Shown in pieces: positions 63,050 through 64,000 of a stretch of DNA of 64,000 bases. Within the stretch, counting starts at the first letter, position 1. Every line of letters starts with the position of its first letter. Source of the DNA: Eledone cirrhosa. Lineage: Eukaryota. The translations under genes and the position numbers were made by a program. The stretch lies in assembly GCA_964016885.1 (NCBI GenBank), contig OZ024741.1, forward strand, positions 135,284,001 through 135,348,000. Reading direction: 5' to 3'. The notes beneath the pieces are model-generated. The model had not been told where the DNA came from, did no database searches, and worked only from the letters and a program-made list of their open reading frames with translations.

Positions 63050-63490
63050 ACTCTTAACATCCTGTAATATGACAACTATGATGCCTTTATTGTTAAAAAA
63101 AATTCTGAGAAACCGTCTTTGAGGTACAAACTCGTAAGAGTCAAGCTAAACTTGTATAGAAGTGAGCTATAACAACAACATGAATTGACTAGCCCCTGTC
63201 GTTAAAACACCCGAGAAACCTCTTATGGGATACTAACTCGTAGGAAGCAAGCTAATCCTGCATAGGTGCGAACCGTAACAACAACATGATATCGTTAAAA
63301 CACCGAAAAAAAGCATATATGAGATGCACTCTCATAGAGGCCTCGCTAAATCTATGGAGTTTTAAACTAGCAACAACAACTACAACTGAGTTCCCTATTG
63401 TTAAAACACCCGAGAGAACTTCTATGTGATGCAAACTTGTGAGACAGAAGCTAAAACTACATAGATGTAAGCTATAACAATTTCAACATC
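63050..63490. repeat. Degenerate ~95-110-bp tandem repeat x4
   Basis: Recurring gttaaaacacccgaga...aactcgta...aagctaa...aacaacaac. Confidence 0.75.
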
Positions 63491-64000
63491 TTGTAAGGTG
63501 AATTAGCAGAGACGTTTGGATTTCGGATAGAATACAGTGCAGTATTTGTTTAATTTGTCTGCATTCCGAGTTTAAAATCTGATATGGTCAAACTTGCCTC
63601 TCATCCTTTTGAGCTCGCTCAATAATGTACCAGTCGCTTCTTCTTCCCCTATATCTCTATTTCACTTTCTCACTCAGGTATGTTCAGATGTGAAAAGGGA
63701 TGAACTCTGCCAGTTTTAAAATTGCATGCATGTCAAGATTTACTTGACTTACTCTTTTCACTGGATTCATGGCCTATTTTAGAATTTGATATTCAGTTAC
63801 TTTCAACTTGACTTTAATATATTCAATTTTGAATGTTTGGGGAAAGCCGATCAATGGACTATAGAAATACAATTGTAAAAGCTAGAGTAAAGTAAGAAAA
63901 ATGCAACAAAACAAGTTTACACCTTTACCTTATAATTCATATTTCGGAGTTAAGATCCATTTTTCTAACGAAAGGAAAGGCAGTGTGATGTTCTTTTACC

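Overview
AT-rich eukaryotic DNA made almost entirely of repeats. The SINE families, very long (TA)n fields and LINE content look like a cephalopod (octopus-type) genome; this is an inference from repeat style. No complete host gene is visible, only two or three candidate isolated exons. The recognisable coding sequence is all decayed retrotransposon: two Tx1/L1-clade LINE copies, a near full-length R4/Dong-type restriction-like-endonuclease LINE, and RTE fragments, plus dozens of tRNA-derived SINEs. The most notable signal is non-coding. At least 8-10 sequence-unrelated small elements (150-1600 bp) sit in or beside (TA)n tracts. Many carry a minimal type-I hammerhead ribozyme (stem I - CTGANGA - stem II - GAAA - short palindromic stem III - NUH - stem I'), usually followed by AATAAA and a shared TYGAGTRC-like motif. 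Most are fold-back hairpins, and two are circularly permuted 466-nt and 438-nt units with terminal redundancy. This fits non-autonomous Penelope-like pLTR / retrozyme elements, possibly replicating through circular RNA and snap-back reverse transcription. All calls were made by eye, and boundaries are approximate unless stated.
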